Source: Tubiluchus corallicola
Lineage: Eukaryota; Animalia; Priapulida
Length of the DNA: 64,000 nucleotides
Reading direction: 5' to 3'
NCBI GenBank assembly: GCA_030141605.1
Contig: JAQGDQ010002369.1
Location: forward strand, 248,001-312,000
The translations under genes were made by a program, and so were the position numbers. The notes beneath the pieces are model-generated. The model did no database searches, had not been told where the DNA came from, and saw nothing but the letters and a program-made list of their open reading frames with translations. Shown piece by piece: positions 1 to 9,335 of the stretch. Numbering within the stretch: position 1 is the first letter of the stretch; the number at the start of each line of letters is the position of its first letter.

Positions 1-734
1 TGATCGAAGAGCAGCCGGATCCCATCGTAGAAAAAGAGCCTGTCTCAGAGGATACCGTATCATCTGAGGCGGATACAGCTGCTAAAGAGCGAGAAGATTT
101 GGAAAATCGGACGGCCCAAGCGCTGTGGAATCTCACTCAACTCCAGCAGTCTCTGCCTGTGATAAGCGCATTTGGAGCGCTTTGTCTTGCTAGTAGTGAC
201 TTCCGTACGGGTTTAGGTGTTGGAACGGCTATCTCTTGTTCTCGTAAATTTCTTATGAGTAGTATTGCGGATTCTGAAACAGAAACAGAAGAAGAGCAGA
301 AACTGGAAGACGGTGATCTGAAATACATATCGCGGCTCGACTGGGGCAATACCGTTTTGACTACTGCGGTTTATGAGGAGTTGGTTTATCGAGGGGTTGT
401 CCAGGGAGCATTTAGTCTGGCCTTCAGTAATCTGTTCTCATTAATCTCCGATTCAGACGAGGCACAGAGAGCAGCCACTATTACTGCTATTGTATGCGCA
501 TCTGTAGTTTTTGGTCTTCAGCATTTGGACACCGGTCATTCAAAAACCAAAACACAGAGTATCTCAGCTGCGATTGGATCGATTCCCTACGGCTTCTTAC
601 GGGAGAAATTTGGGTTGATCAGTGCCATCGGAGCTCATATGGCGAATAACTTCTGTGCGTTAAGATCCATGGCTGAGGCTGTAAATTCTTCCATAAAAGA
701 AGAAGAGGGAGTAAAAAAGAAAGAAACTGAATGA
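1..734 (+). CDS. CPBP/Abi (CAAX protease-like) intramembrane metalloprotease, 5'-partial
   Basis: EELVYRG, FGLQH and AHMANN motifs; reading frame stays open from nt 3. Confidence 0.8.
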   Translation, partial: IEEQPDPIVEKEPVSEDTVSSEADTAAKEREDLENRTAQALWNLTQLQQSLPVISAFGALCLASSDFRTGLGVGTAISCSRKFLMSSIADSETETEEEQKLEDGDLKYISRLDWGNTVLTTAVYEELVYRGVVQGAFSLAFSNLFSLISDSDEAQRAATITAIVCASVVFGLQHLDTGHSKTKTQSISAAIGSIPYGFLREKFGLISAIGAHMANNFCALRSMAEAVNSSIKEEEGVKKKETE

Positions 735-737
735 CGA

Positions 738-1115
738 ATGCACTTTCTTTTTCTTTTCCTTCTCCTTTTCGTATCCTGTTCTCCTCAATCCTATGAAGAT
801 TTTCGTTATGAGGGAGAGGCCCTCGCACGCTCTATCGCACAAGATCTGAAGAGAGTGCAAACCAAAGAAGATCTCGAAAAAATTTCCCCAAAACTTCGGA
901 AAAAATTCCAAAAGTTGGCCGATCTCATCATCTCTCTAAGAAAATTTACAGAAAAGCAGCCTCTTGAAGGAGCGTATTATTCAGCTTATGAGGCCAACGC
1001 AAATGAAGAACTCTTTCTTGAAATGAAACGGATCTATCAGATTCCGGGAGCGCGACAGATAATGGAAAAAACCCAGACCGATGCTCTTACTCGGATTCAG
1101 ATGAATCATCTTTGA
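738..1115 (+). CDS. hypothetical lipoprotein
   Basis: hydrophobic N-terminus ending in lipobox-like FVSC. Confidence 0.6.
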   Translation: MHFLFLFLLLFVSCSPQSYEDFRYEGEALARSIAQDLKRVQTKEDLEKISPKLRKKFQKLADLIISLRKFTEKQPLEGAYYSAYEANANEELFLEMKRIYQIPGARQIMEKTQTDALTRIQMNHL

Positions 1116-1878
1116 ATAGATTTCCAAAGAGATCTTCATGCTTGTCGTATAGCTCGTGATCGGTGATGTCGTTCACATGGATCGGAACGGCTGTGATATA
1201 ACCTTTCTCCAGTAAGGATACATCGGAAAGTTCATGCTCATCGAATTCACTCCACTTGCCGCCCATCCAGTAATACGATCTTCCTTCGGGATGCAACCGT
1301 TCTTCCGGGTTCTCCATCCAGTAGCCTTTGCCCTGCTTGGCCATTTTCGTCCCCTTGTAGGGAAGGTATTCCCTTGAGGGGAAATTCACATTCAAAAAAG
1401 AGCCTTCAGGAATGGAATGATCAGCAAAATGCTTCACGATAGGGTAAATAAAAGGTTCAGCCTCTTCATAGGGAGGATTGTGAAAGTCATAAGAAGAAAA
1501 GGCAATGCCGGGGACATTTTGGTGAACCCCTTCAATGATCCCTCCAACTGTCCCGCTGTAGAGAACAGTTCTGCCTGCGTTCGATCCCTTGTTGATTCCT
1601 GAGACGATTAGGTCAGGAGGATTGTCTTTGAGAAGGACACTCATAGCCATTTTAACACAATCGGTTGGAGTTCCATTCAATGACCATGCTGTCGTATTGC
1701 CTTCCCAATCGATCCTTTCAGGATACAGAGGTTTGGTCAGGGTTGTGGACAAGCCTGACCCCGATTTTTCCCAACTTGGGGCAACAATAGTAACCTCAGC
1801 ATGGTTGGACAACGCTTTCCAGAGATGTTTCAACCCTTTGGCACGGATGCCATCATCGTTAGTAAGCAGTATTTTCAT
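1087..1878 (-). CDS. surE: 5'/3'-nucleotidase SurE
   Basis: ILLTNDDG, NGTPTDCV, SGINKGSN, YSGTVG. Confidence 0.95.
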   Translation of the reverse strand: MKILLTNDDGIRAKGLKHLWKALSNHAEVTIVAPSWEKSGSGLSTTLTKPLYPERIDWEGNTTAWSLNGTPTDCVKMAMSVLLKDNPPDLIVSGINKGSNAGRTVLYSGTVGGIIEGVHQNVPGIAFSSYDFHNPPYEEAEPFIYPIVKHFADHSIPEGSFLNVNFPSREYLPYKGTKMAKQGKGYWMENPEERLHPEGRSYYWMGGKWSEFDEHELSDVSLLEKGYITAVPIHVNDITDHELYDKHEDLFGNLFKDDSSESE

Positions 1879-3301
1879 TACCCGTCTCTTTTTTTCGCGT
1901 GATCAAAGTGCCCAATAAAATGGCGAGAGAGCTTAGCAAAAATCCTGGGATCATTGCAGGGACCGCAAGACCCATAATTCTTGGAGAAAAGCCGTACCAG
2001 AACGCGGCAGTAAGCCCTCCGATAAAAATACCATAGAACGCACCGTATTTATTCACACTCTTTGAATAAAGAGAGATCAATAAGAGGGGGCCAAAAGAGC
2101 AACCTAGACCTGTCCAGGCATAGAGGACCAATTGATAAATGGTACTTACCTTGAAGAAAGCGATGATGAACGCCAGAAGACCTGTGAAGATCACACCAAA
2201 CCTTGAAATCCATAAAAGTTCTTTTGATGAGGCTTTTTTGCGAAACAGCCTTTTATAAAAATCCTCTGCCAAGCTGGACGCGACGACAAGGATCTGCGCG
2301 GCCATGACATTCGTTGTTGCAGCTAAGATTGCACATAATACAAGACCTGTCACAACTCCTGGAAGGGTTTGCTGTACAATATCAAGGACTACGCGTTCAG
2401 GATTGTCCAAGCCGTTTTGGAACAGATAGATTCCGATCAATCCAAGGAAAGTGGCTCCCCCTAACGCCAGTATTTGCCAACTTATGCCAACAATCTTTGC
2501 TTTATTGATATCCCCTACTTTTTTGATCCCCATAAACTTTGTAATGATATGGGGTTGCCCGAAATATCCCAGCCCCCACCCAAAGGTGATGAATATAATC
2601 TCCAATAGAGTGCGCGCGGAAAAATCAGGGAATAGGGAAGAGGAGATCTTTTTTGCATGCATCGTTTGAACAATTGGTTCCATCCCACCCAATTTTGGAA
2701 TCAGATAGGCAGGAATGAAAATGATCACGGCTAAAAGAAAGAATCCCTGGATCAAATCGATCCATGCAACAGCAGTGTATCCCCCCAAAAAGACATAGGC
2801 GACAACGATCAAAAGTCCAATAGATATGCCCCAGAAATAGTGATAGCCCAGTAGAGCTTCTACTAATAGCCCCAGGCCTACTAGACCTGAAGATATATAG
2901 ATGATGAAAAAGACAAATGACATCAAAGCTGAGACAGTTCGTATCGAGCCAGATGTGTCGGCAAAGCGGTTTTCAAAATAGGCATTCAGAGTCAAACTGT
3001 CTGTTTGTTCGGAGATCGTTCGTATCCTCGGTGCGATGAACTGCCAGTTTAAATACATCATAACAGTTAGTCCTATCCCCGCCCATGCCTGGAAGGGCCC
3101 GAAAAGAAAGATTACAGAAGGATACGCTAAAAATAACCAGCTGCTCATATCGCTCGCATGAGCTGAAAGGGCGGTCAGCCAGAAATTAAGGGACCTTCCG
3201 CCGAGAATAAAGTCGGAATCAGACTTTTGTTTCAACCAGTTCCAAATGGCGATCGCAAAAAGGCCACCGAGATAAATAATAAAAGTAAGTAGTTCTGTCA
3301 T
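1859..3301 (-). CDS. putP: sodium/proline symporter
   Basis: ALSAHASDMSSW, GWGLGYFGQPHI, multiple TM segments. Confidence 0.9.
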   Translation of the reverse strand: MTELLTFIIYLGGLFAIAIWNWLKQKSDSDFILGGRSLNFWLTALSAHASDMSSWLFLAYPSVIFLFGPFQAWAGIGLTVMMYLNWQFIAPRIRTISEQTDSLTLNAYFENRFADTSGSIRTVSALMSFVFFIIYISSGLVGLGLLVEALLGYHYFWGISIGLLIVVAYVFLGGYTAVAWIDLIQGFFLLAVIIFIPAYLIPKLGGMEPIVQTMHAKKISSSLFPDFSARTLLEIIFITFGWGLGYFGQPHIITKFMGIKKVGDINKAKIVGISWQILALGGATFLGLIGIYLFQNGLDNPERVVLDIVQQTLPGVVTGLVLCAILAATTNVMAAQILVVASSLAEDFYKRLFRKKASSKELLWISRFGVIFTGLLAFIIAFFKVSTIYQLVLYAWTGLGCSFGPLLLISLYSKSVNKYGAFYGIFIGGLTAAFWYGFSPRIMGLAVPAMIPGFLLSSLAILLGTLITRKKETGNENTAY

Positions 3302-4044
3302 GATCGCATCGCTTTTTCAGATCCATAAACTTTTGCTGCCCAAGCCAAATTGCTCCTTGCGTTGGGAAATTCACGCTCCATTTCGACCAGCAATTTTTCA
3401 ACACGCTTTCGTTTTGAGTCCTGTCCAACAGGGCATTGACAGGTGATTCTTTGAAACCCGTATCTTTGAGCAAAACTCCGGATTTCATTCTCTGTGATGA
3501 AGACCAAAGGACGGATGATCTTGATCCCAAAATCTTTCATCGGGAGCTTTGGCAAATTTGCTGCGAACTCTCCTTTATGAAGTAAATTCAAAAGAAGAGT
3601 TTGAATCATGTCGTCCTGATGATGCCCAAAAGCGATCGTCGTACAACCTTCTTCTTTGGCAGCCTCAAAAATCAACTTTCTTCTCTCTCGGGAACAGGAG
3701 TAACATTCCAGGTTCTCCCGTATCCTTGTTGATTTCCTCACAATCAGACGAATCCCCATCTTCTCGCAAATAGCTCGCAAATAGCTTTGGTCTACTCCTG
3801 CTCCGCAGGAAAATTCCCCATCAACATGAACGGCAATGATTTCAACAGGGTCGAACCCCTTGCCATTGATCGCATGCAACAAGTAAAGCAGTGTCAGGCT
3901 GTCTTTGCCTCCGCTTAGTGCAACAGCGACCTTATCTACACCATCCAGCATTCCATACTCATAAAGAGCCTTACGGAAGGCACTTTCCATTTTTTTGCCT
4001 AAGGCAGTCCAGGGAGGTTGAGCGACAGGAATTGTTATATTCAT
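3298..4044 (-). CDS. ttcA: tRNA 2-thiocytidine biosynthesis protein TtcA family
   Basis: SGGKDS PP-loop, CYSC, GHHQDD, IIRPL, CQCPVG. Confidence 0.85.
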   Translation of the reverse strand: MNITIPVAQPPWTALGKKMESAFRKALYEYGMLDGVDKVAVALSGGKDSLTLLYLLHAINGKGFDPVEIIAVHVDGEFSCGAGVDQSYLRAICEKMGIRLIVRKSTRIRENLECYSCSRERRKLIFEAAKEEGCTTIAFGHHQDDMIQTLLLNLLHKGEFAANLPKLPMKDFGIKIIRPLVFITENEIRSFAQRYGFQRITCQCPVGQDSKRKRVEKLLVEMEREFPNARSNLAWAAKVYGSEKAMRS

Positions 4045-4136
4045 TTTAAAAAATACTTAACTGCGGAGATTGTAACCCAATCCATAGAGGATTGTCATGG
4101 ACTTTTGCAAAAGATTCCTGTATTCTAATTCCCATT

Positions 4137-4712
4137 ATGAAACCTAAAGTTGGCAGAAACGATCCTTGCCCCTGCGGTTCGGGCAAAAAATTTAAAAAAT
4201 GCTGTGAGAAAAAAATGATCGGCAAGCGCTATCTTGCGCAAAAAATCGATCAGTCTGCAGCGCCCGGTATCAATAAATCATCGGGGCTTTCCTCCTTATT
4301 CCAGAACACTATTGCCGCTTCAGCCCCACGACCAGAACAAGCCCAACGGGAAATCAAAGCAACCAAAGGAAAACTGCCAAAAGAAAAAGTCCCACAAGCC
4401 AACCCCGAACTACCAGAAGAAGATGAGCCCTCACCTCATGAAGAAGCTCCTCCAACTACCGAACCTGAAGAACAAGAGCTTCCTCAAGAGAAGCATCCTC
4501 GAGAACAAAAACTTCCTCCGGAAACCGAGCCAACCCCAGAAGCACCCTTAGATATTCCACCCGAAGAAGAAGAGGAACCTCAATTACCTAAACATGATCT
4601 GCCCCTAAATAAAAAGCATCCTCGAGGAAAAAAACTTTCCTCAGAAACGGAACCAACTCCCGAAGAACCACTCGACGCGCCACCCGAAAACGACGAAAAC
4701 GAAAATAGTTGA
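4137..4712 (+). CDS. SEC-C motif protein with Pro/Glu-rich repeated tail
   Basis: [18 protein letters not shown] at N-terminus. Confidence 0.85.
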   Translation: MKPKVGRNDPCPCGSGKKFKKCCEKKMIGKRYLAQKIDQSAAPGINKSSGLSSLFQNTIAASAPRPEQAQREIKATKGKLPKEKVPQANPELPEEDEPSPHEEAPPTTEPEEQELPQEKHPREQKLPPETEPTPEAPLDIPPEEEEEPQLPKHDLPLNKKHPRGKKLSSETEPTPEEPLDAPPENDENENS

Positions 4713-4753
4713 GGCTAAACGATCTCTTTGATAAGATTTCACATTCATTTCCC

Positions 4754-4768
4754 GCTGGAGTAGCTCAA

Positions 4769-4799
<31 letters not shown>

Positions 4800-4826
4800 T
4801 TGTGGGTTCGATTCCTATCTCCAGCA
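4754..4826 (+). tRNA. tRNA-Thr(TGT)
   Basis: acceptor GCTGGAG/CTCCAGC, anticodon arm CCTGA-TTTGTAA-TCAGG, GGTTCGA T-loop. Confidence 0.97.
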
Positions 4827-4834
4827 ATCCTTTC

Positions 4835-4916
4835 GGGGGTGTCGCATAGTGGCTATTGCAAGGGGCTGTAAACCCCTCGACTTCGGTCTTCGCCAGTTCG
4901 AGTCTGGCCGCCCCCA
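4835..4916 (+). tRNA. tRNA-Tyr(GTA)
   Basis: acceptor GGGGGTG/CGCCCCC, anticodon arm AGGGG-CTGTAAA-CCCCT, long variable arm, GTTCGA. Confidence 0.97.
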
Positions 4917-5087
4917 ATTCTCTATGAGAATTCAACAAAAGCGACATTCCAAACCCAATCTTCAAAAAGCAAAATGGCACACTTGTGGCACAATTTCAAA
5001 TGAGAAGCTATGATAAATCAGGGTTGTTATTGAAAACTTTGATGCATTATCTACTTTTCGATACGATAAACTATGAATCCGAGCTGA

Positions 5088-5486
5088 ATGGAAAATCTCG
5101 AACGAACTGCTTTGAAAGAACTCGCTAATGAGCGACTTTTGGATGCTCAGGTCCTTTATGATGCTGATCGTTTAGATGGCTCTTTTTATATCTGTGGTTA
5201 TGCTGTAGAAATGGCTCTGAAGCATAAGATATGCATGACACTCGATTGGGATGAATACCCTGCAAGTGGTAAAGGCTCTGATAAATTTAAAACTTTCAAA
5301 ACCCATGATTTTGAAGTTCTTCTTCATCTCAGTGGAGTAGAAAAAGACATTAAAAAAAATCTATTTACTGAATGGTCGGTCTTGATGAAGTGGAGCTCGG
5401 AAAAGCGCTATTCTTCGGAGAAACAAACGAATGAAGATGTCAAGTTAATGATAGAAGCAACTCGGGCTTTGTTGGAAAATTTATGA
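5088..5486 (+). CDS. HEPN domain protein
   Basis: RLLDAQVL..YICGYAVEMALK..THDF..W..RY pattern typical of small HEPN proteins. Confidence 0.7.
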   Translation: MENLERTALKELANERLLDAQVLYDADRLDGSFYICGYAVEMALKHKICMTLDWDEYPASGKGSDKFKTFKTHDFEVLLHLSGVEKDIKKNLFTEWSVLMKWSSEKRYSSEKQTNEDVKLMIEATRALLENL

Positions 5487-5872
5487 ATGAGATTATTGAG
5501 AAGATTAAGGCGGCGATTGCGTCCTTAGAAAGGGATAAAGGTCCTTTGCTAATTTGCGCGCTTTTCTTGAGAGATGATCCGGAGAAGTGGGATATAGTCT
5601 TATCCGCATCATGGCTAAATCCAAGGGAAATGGAATCTTATAAAATTGTTACCTCCAAGCTTCAAAATTTTTTATCCGATTCGGAACTTTTGCAATTTTC
5701 AAGAGTAGTATTGCTGAATAAGACAGACCCAGTAGTCTCGTTCTTACAGGAATTGAAAACCATTAAGAATGGAGGTTATGAAGAACTCGAAAAAGAAGAA
5801 CTTTCGGATAAATTCAAATTCACAATAAAGCGAGCATATCTTCTTCGTTGTCAAAAGCTCGATAAGGCTTAA
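5483..5872 (+). CDS. hypothetical protein, translationally coupled partner of HEPN gene
   Basis: ATGA overlap with HEPN gene; 129 aa. Confidence 0.6.
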   Translation: MNEIIEKIKAAIASLERDKGPLLICALFLRDDPEKWDIVLSASWLNPREMESYKIVTSKLQNFLSDSELLQFSRVVLLNKTDPVVSFLQELKTIKNGGYEELEKEELSDKFKFTIKRAYLLRCQKLDKA

Positions 5873-6024
5873 AACCTCACCCATAATAACTTTTCTAATG
5901 TGCCATTAGTTATCTGTAGTTTTATAAGTCCCAAAAAATTAGCTGGTTGATTCTTCAATTCAAGGGATTTTCTAACTCCCGAACTCGGCTTTAGCCAAGT
6001 CTAGGCAAGACCTCTCCTCAGGTA

Positions 6025-6324
6025 TCAAAGATGGATGTATTTGGGGAATTCGGAAGTTAGGAAGAAGTAAATCCAGCCTCCTAATAGGCATTCTATAGGG
6101 GAAAAGTTAAAGGGAGATTGATGTAATCGTTTTCGCTCGAGGATCCTCTTTTGGATCTCCCTAAGAACGTAGAAGAAGATATAACTCTTTATCATCCAGT
6201 CAAAGTAATGTCGGAACCCGAGTGGAGGAAGATTGCAAATGAAGGAGCGGATGTTGGGAGCAAGGAAACGTAAGAGGAAGAAGAGACCTAGCAGCCCAAG
6301 AAATAGGAAGATGTTCTTTTTCAT
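6025..6324 (-). CDS. small hypothetical membrane protein
   Basis: 99-aa ORF with hydrophobic segments. Confidence 0.45.
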   Translation of the reverse strand: MKKNIFLFLGLLGLFFLLRFLAPNIRSFICNLPPLGFRHYFDWMIKSYIFFYVLREIQKRILERKRLHQSPFNFSPIECLLGGWIYFFLTSEFPKYIHL

Positions 6325-6446
6325 GAGGAAGAATTTATAGAAAGGGAAGGGCCCAAATCAGGAGAAGATATTTTTTTACCTTGAGATGCTGGGACTGTGA
6401 AAAAGTAGGTATTTAACTCTAGAATGAAAGTTCTTATATTGGATGA

Positions 6447-7246
6447 ATGATCAGTTCAATTTCTAAGAAAAGTGCGGTTCTTCTCATTATCCTTTCGGTT
6501 CTATTGATCAAGGCAGAGATTTGGCTGAACAATGGGTTCAAAGCACACAAGATCATGATGAGTGCTGGGGGACCTTGGTATATTAGTTCTGAAGAACCGG
6601 ATATTCTTGATGGGATTCTTTCTCAGCCGTTTCGGTTTTTAGCAAGAGGAAGGCAGAGCTATGTCTTTGAAAGCGATGACGGGAAGTATGTTCTGAAAGT
6701 TTTTAGGACTCATCGGATTCATTTTCCTTTTTGGACAAGAATTTTGGGGAGAGGTAATCCTAATGAGAAAAGGTATAGGAACTGGATTACGAGTTATCGG
6801 CTAGCTGACGAGAAATTAAGGGAAGAGACGAGGGTTGGGTACGTGCATTTTCAACCTACGCATCATTTCAAGGGATATGTACATTTGATCGATCGATTGG
6901 GGAGAAGCTTTAGGGTTGATCTGGATCGGATGGGATTTATGGTCCAGAGGAAGTTTCAGCTATTGAATGGGGCTTTTTTAAAGGAACAGTTGAAGGAGGA
7001 TATCCAGAAGTATATTACTGCTTTTGTTGAAACGGTAGCACGGAGATGTCAGAAGGGGATTGTGAATCGGAACCGCCATAGCGCTCCTTTCAAGCGGAAC
7101 TTGTCTCAATGAAGGAGGAGCTCAGGGGTCGGGAAAGATTAAGTAAGGAGGTGGTTCGTTACTCGGAGCATTTCCGTAGTTGGTTAGAGAAGGAAATTCC
7201 TGAGATGGTTGATCATCTGGATGCCGAGATCTCTAAATCTATATAA
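6447..7246 (+). pseudogene. kinase-like chlamydial hypothetical protein, disrupted near 7085-7110
   Basis: LARGRQSYVFESDDGKYVLKVF; C-terminal part (EEL..FRSWLEKEIPEMVDHL) continues in another frame to TAA at 7246. Confidence 0.55.
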
Positions 7247-7936
7247 TTATGATAAGGCATATTCTGCTGCTGCCTCTGCATGGAGACGGGTAGTGTCGAA
7301 GAGAGGAATAGAGGTGTCTCCTTGTTGAATAAGAAGGGGAAGCTCGGTACAGCCTAGAATAATGCCTTCTGCTCCTTGAGCCTTGAGAGAATCGATTATT
7401 TTTAGAAGGCTCTGTTTTGATTTTTCTAAGATTTTTCCTTTTACCAGTTCTTCGAAGATGATCTTTTGGAGCAGCTCTCTTCCCGATTTGTCAGGGATGA
7501 TTGCTTCAATATTGTATTTCGCCAGTTTCTCTTTATAGAAATTTTCTTCCATTGTGATTTGAGTCCCTAGAAGCCCTATTTTATGGAAACCGGCTTTTTG
7601 GATGGCTGCAGCTGTCGGATCGACGATGTGTAATAAGGAGATGTTGATCTTGGACTCGATTTCAGGAGCTATCTTGTGAATCGTGTTTGCAGCGAGGAGC
7701 AGGAGATCCGCACCAGAGGACTCGAGGCGTTTTGCTATGGAAGAGAGAGTATTGATGATCAAAGCAGTGTCATCGTTGTGAGCTGCCTCCATAATAGGAG
7801 CGCAATTGATGGAGTAGAGGAGTATTTCAGCTGAATTATATCCTCCTAGCTTCTTTTGAACGTATTGATTTAGGATTTTGTAATAATATTGGGTCGATTC
7901 CCAACTCATTCCGCCAATTATGCCAATTAATTTCAT
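7247..7936 (-). CDS. aspartate/glutamate racemase family (YgeA-like)
   Basis: IGIIGGMSWEST, AANTIH, ILGCTELP. Confidence 0.9.
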   Translation of the reverse strand: MKLIGIIGGMSWESTQYYYKILNQYVQKKLGGYNSAEILLYSINCAPIMEAAHNDDTALIINTLSSIAKRLESSGADLLLLAANTIHKIAPEIESKINISLLHIVDPTAAAIQKAGFHKIGLLGTQITMEENFYKEKLAKYNIEAIIPDKSGRELLQKIIFEELVKGKILEKSKQSLLKIIDSLKAQGAEGIILGCTELPLLIQQGDTSIPLFDTTRLHAEAAAEYALS

Positions 7937-8166
7937 GTGAATTAAGGGGGTTGAAAAAAAATCTAATAAAATTTTTTAAAACTTTTTTTAACATTATAAA
8001 TCTATTCAAAAGGTGCTCAGAGGGCGAATTTGTCATTTCTTCTTTTAGTTAGTTTCAGAGAATTATAAAAAATACTCTTGCAAGAATATTAAAAACTTTC
8101 TAATTGGTAGATAAATAACGCAAGAATGCGATTATCAATCAACAAAACAGCAAGAGGAAGTAAATA

Positions 8167-8721
8167 ATGGCAAAAAGAAGAAAAAAGAAAACAACTGCTA
8201 GAAGAAAAGGTAGCGCTCGAAAAACAACAACTAGAAGAAAAACAACAACTAGAAGAAAAACAACAACTAGAAGAAAAACAACAACTAGAAGAAAAAAGGC
8301 AACTAGAAGAAAAACTACTAGAAGAAAGAAAACAACGACTAGAAGAAAAAAGGCAACTAGAAGAAAAAAGGCAACTAGAAGAAAAACTACTAGAAGAAAG
8401 AAAACAACGACTAGAAGAAAAAAAGCGACTACTAGAAGAAAAAAGAAGACAACTAGAAGAAAAGGCAAAAGAAAAGCTAGCGGCCTGACAAAAATGAAAT
8501 ATAGCTGTTCAACTCATCTTGAAGCGATCGTTGGCAAGGGCAAAATGACTCGCCCTCAGATCGTTAAAAAGCTTTGGGCTTACATCAAATCACGTAAGTG
8601 CCAGCATGCTACAAACCGAAGAATGATCGTACCAGATGCTAAATTGGCTAAGGTCATCGGTGGCCGACCAGTCGATATGCTCAAACTAGCTGGTCATTTG
8701 AACAAGCACATCAAGAAGTAA
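8167..8721 (+). CDS. histone H1/HctB-like basic repeat protein fused to C-terminal SWIB/MDM2 domain
   Basis: about 100 aa of RRK(K)TT(T)/RRKKAT repeats followed by MTRPQIVKKLWAYIK..RRMIVPDAKLAKV..LNKH. Confidence 0.85.
   Translation: MAKRRKKKTTARRKGSARKTTTRRKTTTRRKTTTRRKTTTRRKKATRRKTTRRKKTTTRRKKATRRKKATRRKTTRRKKTTTRRKKATTRRKKKTTRRKGKRKASGLTKMKYSCSTHLEAIVGKGKMTRPQIVKKLWAYIKSRKCQHATNRRMIVPDAKLAKVIGGRPVDMLKLAGHLNKHIKK
8221..8463 (+). repeat. coding tandem repeat, about 15-21 bp units ending in ACTAGAAGA
   Basis: AAAACAACAACTAGAAGA and variants repeated in tandem. Confidence 0.9.
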
Positions 8722-8734
8722 ACACTTCCTGTTA

Positions 8735-8755
8735 AGGGGGCGGTAATCGCCCCCT
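8735..8755. terminator. GC-rich hairpin, probable terminator between convergent genes
   Basis: AGGGGGCG-GTAAT-CGCCCCCT. Confidence 0.7.
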
Positions 8756-8760
8756 GATTC

Positions 8761-9324
8761 TTATTCTTCCACAGTATCATTCATAGTAGTCTCTTCAGAA
8801 AAATCATCAATCGTATCATTCATTGAAGGCTCTTCAGCAAAATCATTGATGAGTGGTGCATAATCGCGAACCTGGAAGTGAAATTCTCCTGCTGGGACAA
8901 ACTTCAGAGTAATGGTCCCTCCCTCTTCGAATTGATTCCAGGCAAGAATGGCTTTTCCCCCATTTTCACATTGATCGAAGCTCGCTTCATTTGCTGTCGC
9001 ATCCATGCAGAGTGTTTGATCTTTCATCCAGCCTCTATCGACAAATACTCCAGCTGAAGGGCCGAAAGAACAGTTTCCCTCCATGAAGGGCTGGCCAACA
9101 TTGGGCTCTACCCAGAATAACAGACTCTTTGAGTTAAACGTATCATCAGAGCTCCAGTGATAAGTCTCATCGGGATGGATGGGTTCTGAAGTATTTCCAG
9201 GTCCTACGCCGGTGATCGTGATGTAATAGCCCGTATCATTACGGATCGTTACATCGGCATTCCATGCATGAATCATGAATGGGGAGAGAACAGAGATGAA
9301 AAAGAGAAGGGAAAATTTTTTCAT
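8761..9324 (-). CDS. secreted hypothetical protein
   Basis: signal peptide MKKFSLLFF..IHA; C-terminal duplicated DFxEExxMNDT. Confidence 0.6.
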   Translation of the reverse strand: MKKFSLLFFISVLSPFMIHAWNADVTIRNDTGYYITITGVGPGNTSEPIHPDETYHWSSDDTFNSKSLLFWVEPNVGQPFMEGNCSFGPSAGVFVDRGWMKDQTLCMDATANEASFDQCENGGKAILAWNQFEEGGTITLKFVPAGEFHFQVRDYAPLINDFAEEPSMNDTIDDFSEETTMNDTVEE

Positions 9325-9335
9325 AAAAAACCTCA

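Noticed and set aside
4792-4980. 62-aa minus-strand ORF
   Set aside because: It lies antisense to two well-formed tRNAs.
4917-6324. Prophage or integrative element at tRNA-Tyr
   Set aside because: No integrase, phage genes or duplicated tRNA 3' end were seen.
8221-8463. CRISPR array
   Set aside because: Repeats are contiguous coding units without unique spacers, and there are no cas genes in the window.
8139-8468. Hydrophobic 109-aa minus-strand ORF
   Set aside because: It is the antisense shadow of the A-rich Arg/Lys/Thr repeat.
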